NCBI GenBank assembly: GCA_016649835.1
Contig: JAENWX010000001.1
Coordinates: forward strand, 1-47,298
Direction: 5' to 3'
Source: Minisyncoccota bacterium
GTDB lineage: Bacteria > Patescibacteriota > Minisyncoccia > Phycocordibacterales > UBA9973
Length of the DNA stretch: 47,298 nt
Shown here: one piece after another, positions 42,915 through 47,298 of the stretch
How positions within the stretch are numbered: position 1 is the first letter of the stretch
Layout of the letters: every line of letters starts with the position of its first letter
The notes under the pieces: model-generated
The model's input: only the letters and a program-made list of their open reading frames with translations
The model's database searches: none
Told to the model about the DNA's origin: nothing
Made by a program: the position numbers and the translations under genes

Positions 42915-44620
42915 TGAAAATATTATCGTTTAAGTCAAGAATAAGAATAATTGTAGTTTTTATATTTATTGTGGCTGCTATACTTATAAGTAGGCTTTTT
43001 TTTGTTCAAGTTGTTCATCAAAATTTTTATGCGGAACGTGCTGAAAAGTTATATGTCACCCCCGCAAGTAATATTTTTAATAGAGGTTCAATATTTTTTT
43101 CTAAAAAAGATGGCTCTCTTGTGACCGCTGGCACTGTAACCGCAGGTTTTAAGTTGGCGATAATCCCCAAGGACATAATAGACCCTGAGGCAGCTTATGC
43201 CATGCTAGACCCATATATAGAAATGGATCTGAATACATTTTTATCTAAAGTATCAAAAAAGAATGATCCATATGAAGAGATAGCTACAGCTCTCACAAAA
43301 GAACAAGTAACTGAAATAGAAAATTTAAAAATAAAAGGCACATCCATATATAAAGATAATTGGAGATTTTACCCAAATGAAAACCAAGCCTCTCATACTA
43401 TTGGTTTTTTGGCATACAAAGGGGATTCTTTGGTTGGCCAGTATGGCTTAGAGCGCTATTACAACTCTACTCTTTCAAAACCAAAAGATGAATTGTATGT
43501 TAACTTTTTTGCAGAAGTATTTTCAAATATAAGTGATACTCTTACCAATACAAACAAAGGAGATATTATAACCACCATAGAACCAACTGTGCAGTATTCA
43601 TTAGAATCCGAGCTGTCAGCTGCCTTAGGCAAATGGAATGCCGACCAAGCAGGTGGAATAATCATGAACCCTCAAACCGGAGAAATAATAGCCATGTCAG
43701 GTTTACCAGATTTTGATCTAAATAATTTTAAAAGTGTACCAGATACTGCTGTTTTTCGAAATCCTCTCGTAGAAAATGTTTTTGAATTTGGTTCTGTTAT
43801 AAAACCATTAGTAATGGCCTCCGCTATAGATGCAGGTGCTATTACACCACAGACGACATATTTTGATGCTGGCTCTGTTGTTGTAGATAAAAAAACAATA
43901 AACAACTTTGATAAAAAAGGACGCGGTACTATTAGCATGCAAGAAGTTCTTGACCAGTCTTTAAATACAGGAATGGTGTTTGCCGAGAGTAAGTTGGGCC
44001 ATGATAAGTTTCGTACATATATGAAGTCCTTTGCAATAGGAGAAAAAACAGGAATAGACCTTCCCAATGAAACTTCAGGTCTAATAAGTAACCTAGATAG
44101 TCCAAGAAATATTGAATATGCGAACGCCTCTTTTGGTCAAGGTATAGCATTAACTCCAATAGAAGCTGCTCGCGCATTTTCTATTATTGCAAATGGGGGT
44201 AAGTTGGTGACACCTCACTTAGTAAAAAAAATACAATACGACAACGGGCTATCTAAAAATATTAACTATCCAATTACCAAAGAAAATTTATTAAAAAAAG
44301 AAACAACAGACTCTCTAACACGAATGCTGGTTCACGTATTTGAAACTTATGATGGCGGAAAATATAAATTAAACGATTATAGTATTGCCACAAAAACAGG
44401 AACAGCACAAGTAGCTCTTGAAACAGGAAAAGGATATTATACAGACCGGCATATGCACTCTTTCTTTGGATATTTCCCAGCATATGAACCAAAGTTTTTA
44501 GTGTTTCTTTTCCTTAAAAATCCTAAAGAAATAAAATATGCATCTCAAACATTAATTCCTCCATTTCTTAATATTACAAAATTTATATTACAGTATTACA
44601 ATATTCCACCTGACCGTTAA
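42914..44620 (+). CDS. ftsI: Penicillin-binding protein 3-type transpeptidase (FtsI)
   Basis: 568 aa. N-terminal TM, GSVIKP (SxxK), SLNTG (SxN), KTGTAQ. Confidence 0.8.
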   Translation: MKILSFKSRIRIIVVFIFIVAAILISRLFFVQVVHQNFYAERAEKLYVTPASNIFNRGSIFFSKKDGSLVTAGTVTAGFKLAIIPKDIIDPEAAYAMLDPYIEMDLNTFLSKVSKKNDPYEEIATALTKEQVTEIENLKIKGTSIYKDNWRFYPNENQASHTIGFLAYKGDSLVGQYGLERYYNSTLSKPKDELYVNFFAEVFSNISDTLTNTNKGDIITTIEPTVQYSLESELSAALGKWNADQAGGIIMNPQTGEIIAMSGLPDFDLNNFKSVPDTAVFRNPLVENVFEFGSVIKPLVMASAIDAGAITPQTTYFDAGSVVVDKKTINNFDKKGRGTISMQEVLDQSLNTGMVFAESKLGHDKFRTYMKSFAIGEKTGIDLPNETSGLISNLDSPRNIEYANASFGQGIALTPIEAARAFSIIANGGKLVTPHLVKKIQYDNGLSKNINYPITKENLLKKETTDSLTRMLVHVFETYDGGKYKLNDYSIATKTGTAQVALETGKGYYTDRHMHSFFGYFPAYEPKFLVFLFLKNPKEIKYASQTLIPPFLNITKFILQYYNIPPDR

Positions 44621-44675
44621 ATATGAATATCCCTTCAAAATCTGTATGTTATAATTATTTAAGCAATCAAACTGA

Positions 44676-45977
44676 ATGAAAAAAATATTTAAAAAAATAA
44701 TAGTAATAATAATAACTTGGCAAGCAAAGCTTATTTTACAAAAATACAATCCCAAAATAATTGCTATTACAGGTTCTGTGGGTAAAACATCCACCAAAGA
44801 TGCTATTTTTGTAGTATTGTCCAAATTTAAAATAGTTAGAAAAAGTGAGAAAAGTTTTAACAGTGAAATAGGACTTCCTCTTACTATTTTAGGTTCTCCA
44901 AATGGCTGGGATGATCCCTTCATTTGGCTAGAAAACATAATACATGGATTTTATTTAATATTATGGAAGCAACCATATCCAGAATATTTAGTATTAGAAA
45001 TTGGAGTTGGAAAACCTGGTGATATAGTTAAAAATGTAGCCCCTTGGCTTAAGCCAGATGTGGTTATAGTAACTCGTTTTCCAGATAAGCCTGTGCATGT
45101 AGAATTTTTTGGCTCTGTTGAAAATATAATTGAAGAAAAGAGTGCTTTAGTTTATACATTAAAAAAAGAAGGAATACTTATACTGAATCATGACGATGAA
45201 AAAGTTTATGCTCTCCACCAAAAAGCAAAATGTAAAACTGTATCATATGGAATGAATGATAATGCTACTTATCATTCTATTTATCCTACGTATTTATATA
45301 CAAAAAGAAATAATATTAAAGTTCCAAGTGGAATTAATTTTAAATTAGAATATGATGGAAATACATTTCCTGTAATGCTTCCAAATATTGTGGGTATACA
45401 CAACATAGGACAAGCTGCCGCAGCTATCGCCTGTGCACGTGAACTCGGTTGTGATTTATTGGAATCCATTAACGCAGTGAGTGAATACGTTACTCCTCCA
45501 GGAAGGCTTTCTCTTATTGAAGGAATAAATAATTCGGTAATAATAGACGACACATATAATTCATCACCAGTAGCTATGGAGTCTGCGATTGAAGTCTTGA
45601 AAGAAGTTGAAGGAAAAAGAAAAATAGCAGTACTTGGTGATATGCTTGAGCTAGGAAAATTTACAGAAGATGAGCATTATTTAGTTGGAGAAAATATATA
45701 CGGAGTAGCAGATATTTTAATTGCTGTTGGACCAAGAGCTAAAAGTATTTCACAAGGAGCCTTGGAAAAAGGTTTTAAATTAAAAAATGTTTATAATTTT
45801 GAATCATCAAAAACAGCATCAAAATTCTTAGAAGGAATTGTGGAAGAAGGGGATATTATACTAATTAAAGGCTCTCAAGGTGTGCGCCTAGAGAGGGCTG
45901 TAGAGGCCATAATGAAACACAAAGAACTAAAAAGGACATTGTTATGCCGCCAAGACAAAGAGTGGTTAAATCGTTAA
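44676..45977 (+). CDS. murF: MurF-like Mur ligase (UDP-MurNAc-tripeptide--D-Ala-D-Ala ligase) lacking the usual N-terminal domain
   Basis: 433 aa. ITGSVGKTSTKDAI P-loop already at about residue 32, IDDTYNSSP, LGDMLELG. Confidence 0.7.
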   Translation: MKKIFKKIIVIIITWQAKLILQKYNPKIIAITGSVGKTSTKDAIFVVLSKFKIVRKSEKSFNSEIGLPLTILGSPNGWDDPFIWLENIIHGFYLILWKQPYPEYLVLEIGVGKPGDIVKNVAPWLKPDVVIVTRFPDKPVHVEFFGSVENIIEEKSALVYTLKKEGILILNHDDEKVYALHQKAKCKTVSYGMNDNATYHSIYPTYLYTKRNNIKVPSGINFKLEYDGNTFPVMLPNIVGIHNIGQAAAAIACARELGCDLLESINAVSEYVTPPGRLSLIEGINNSVIIDDTYNSSPVAMESAIEVLKEVEGKRKIAVLGDMLELGKFTEDEHYLVGENIYGVADILIAVGPRAKSISQGALEKGFKLKNVYNFESSKTASKFLEGIVEEGDIILIKGSQGVRLERAVEAIMKHKELKRTLLCRQDKEWLNR

Positions 45978-45992
45978 TAAAAAATTTATATA

Positions 45993-46445
45993 TTAGATTA
46001 GTCCTGCTAGTACCAAGATAACTCCAGCACCCAAAAGACATCCTGTCATTTTTCCTACTGCTGAGCCAAGCATTGTACGCTCTTCTGAAATATGTTTAAC
46101 TCTCAATTTTTCAGCAAGATCGCCTTCAAACAAACCAGCTATACCGTCTGTTATTGCATTACCAACAGCGCCACCTATAACAGCACCAGAAACTCCAGCA
46201 ATAGCTCCTCCTACGATAGCCAGTATTGCTAAAATACCATTATCAATAATGCCAAATATAATATCTGGCCATACATTTATTATTGGAATTTTAAATAATT
46301 TTAAAGAGGCTAAACTTAAAATTCCTAAGCCAAGAACTACCCAGCCGATGACTTTTTCATTATGAATAAAAAATGCACTTACTACAAAGATAACAATACT
46401 CAAACTAGTAACTTTAACCATGGCCAATATAAATGTTTTATTCAT
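45993..46445 (-). CDS. Hypothetical membrane protein with glycine-zipper segment
   Basis: 150 aa. GGAIAGVSGAVIGGAVGNAITDGIAG between hydrophobic helices. Confidence 0.4.
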   Translation of the reverse strand: MNKTFILAMVKVTSLSIVIFVVSAFFIHNEKVIGWVVLGLGILSLASLKLFKIPIINVWPDIIFGIIDNGILAILAIVGGAIAGVSGAVIGGAVGNAITDGIAGLFEGDLAEKLRVKHISEERTMLGSAVGKMTGCLLGAGVILVLAGLI

Positions 46446-46475
46446 GTTTGTATTATAACATTTATTTTGAAAATA

Positions 46476-47298
46476 TTATTTTTGTTTATCTTTTTTAAAC
46501 TTAGTATCTTGAATAACTCTTTTATAGACACTCTCATAATTAGAAATCATTGTTTTTAGACTAAAAAATTGTTCAGCTCTATTTCTAACTTTTTTTCTAT
46601 CAATTGTATCAATTTTTTTTATAGCTTCAACCATTTCTTCTTCTGATTCAACTATAAATCCTGTTACTCCATCTCTTACAATTTCTGGAACAGATCCGTT
46701 ATTAAAAGCTACTACAGGTGTACCACAAGACATTGCCTCTATTAAAACATATCCAAATGGTTCCTGCCAAAGAACGGGGAATATGATAGCTTTTGCATTT
46801 TGTATAAGAGGAATTTTGTCTTCAAGGGATACCTCTCCAAAATATCTAACCTCATTCCCATTTATATAAGGTTCTATCTTTTCATGCCAGTATCCTTCTG
46901 TGACATAACTTCTACCTGCAATTCTAAGTGGAACATTTGCTTCCATACAAGCTTTTATAGCTATATGGGCACCTTTATCATGGGTTAAACGCCCTATAAA
47001 TAGTACATAATCTTCAGGTTTTTCGTTATAAGCAAATATATCAGTATCAACACCATGATAAATATTTGCATACCAGTTTAGTTCAGGCAATAGCTTTCTC
47101 TGAGCCAATGAAAATGATATATATTTTTCATCTTTATGTTTAAGTAAAATTGTTTTCATCCATGCCTCAATAGGAGAATGAATAGATATTAGTGTTGGAG
47201 TTTTTTTCTCTATTCTAGAAAAAAATCCAGTCATAACAGTAAGGTGACTATGTATAACATCAAAGAGGCCTTGTTTTGCTTGAAAATAGCAATCAGAA
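46476..47298 (-). CDS. GT4-family (GT-B) glycosyltransferase, 5' end truncated by the window edge
   Basis: EPFGYVLIEAMSCGTPVVA...GSVPEIV...GVTGF motif. By hand translation the frame stays open upstream of the track's Met (..FDVIHSHLTVMTGFF..) to the window end. Confidence 0.8.
   Translation of the reverse strand, partial: SDCYFQAKQGLFDVIHSHLTVMTGFFSRIEKKTPTLISIHSPIEAWMKTILLKHKDEKYISFSLAQRKLLPELNWYANIYHGVDTDIFAYNEKPEDYVLFIGRLTHDKGAHIAIKACMEANVPLRIAGRSYVTEGYWHEKIEPYINGNEVRYFGEVSLEDKIPLIQNAKAIIFPVLWQEPFGYVLIEAMSCGTPVVAFNNGSVPEIVRDGVTGFIVESEEEMVEAIKKIDTIDRKKVRNRAEQFFSLKTMISNYESVYKRVIQDTKFKKDKQK

Noticed and set aside
1-47298. An alternative genetic code (UGA recoding, as in some candidate phyla).
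   Set aside because: All recognisable housekeeping ORFs are full length under the standard code, and the ORF ends I checked by hand (TAA or TAG) are consistent with it. I found no conserved protein interrupted by an in-frame TGA.

Overview
The window is AT-rich, densely coded bacterial DNA. Its gene content and protein styles look like a reduced-genome Patescibacteria/CPR organism; that lineage call is inference only, since no search was run. The backbone is housekeeping: tsaC, leuS, murJ, lepA, valS, tsaD, cmk-like, murE-murD-murC, mrdA, greA, lysS, then mraZ-rsmH-ftsL-ftsI-murF, plus hsp20, prsW, grx and an ftsB-like gene. Three tRNA genes are present (Gly-CCC, Arg-CCT, Phe-GAA). Features beyond the backbone:

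1. Each tRNA gene is followed by a terminator-like palindrome and a 115-146 nt element. The element's five helices are supported by compensatory changes among the three copies. Its terminal helices copy, in inverted then direct form, the T-loop-to-acceptor 3' end of the adjacent tRNA.
2. A roughly 10 kb gene encodes a protein of about 3340 aa with an HTH-like N-terminus and a TM anchor. It carries 17 modules, each nucleated by a nucleotide-identical GC-rich 24-27 nt core. The C-terminal region carries a tail-fibre-type autoproteolytic chaperone (Peptidase S74-like) motif.
3. An HUH/Y1 (RAYT-like) transposase gene is bracketed and interrupted by three copies of one perfect palindrome.
4. Several families of short GC-rich palindromic or hairpin elements and an AAGAATT heptamer repeat are inserted in frame inside essential genes (leuS, valS, tsaD, murE, murD, lepA).
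5. An inverted-repeat cassette directly abuts the start codons of valS, murC and (right arm only) lepA.

All protein calls rest on motifs read from the translations. No database search, folding or statistics could be run.
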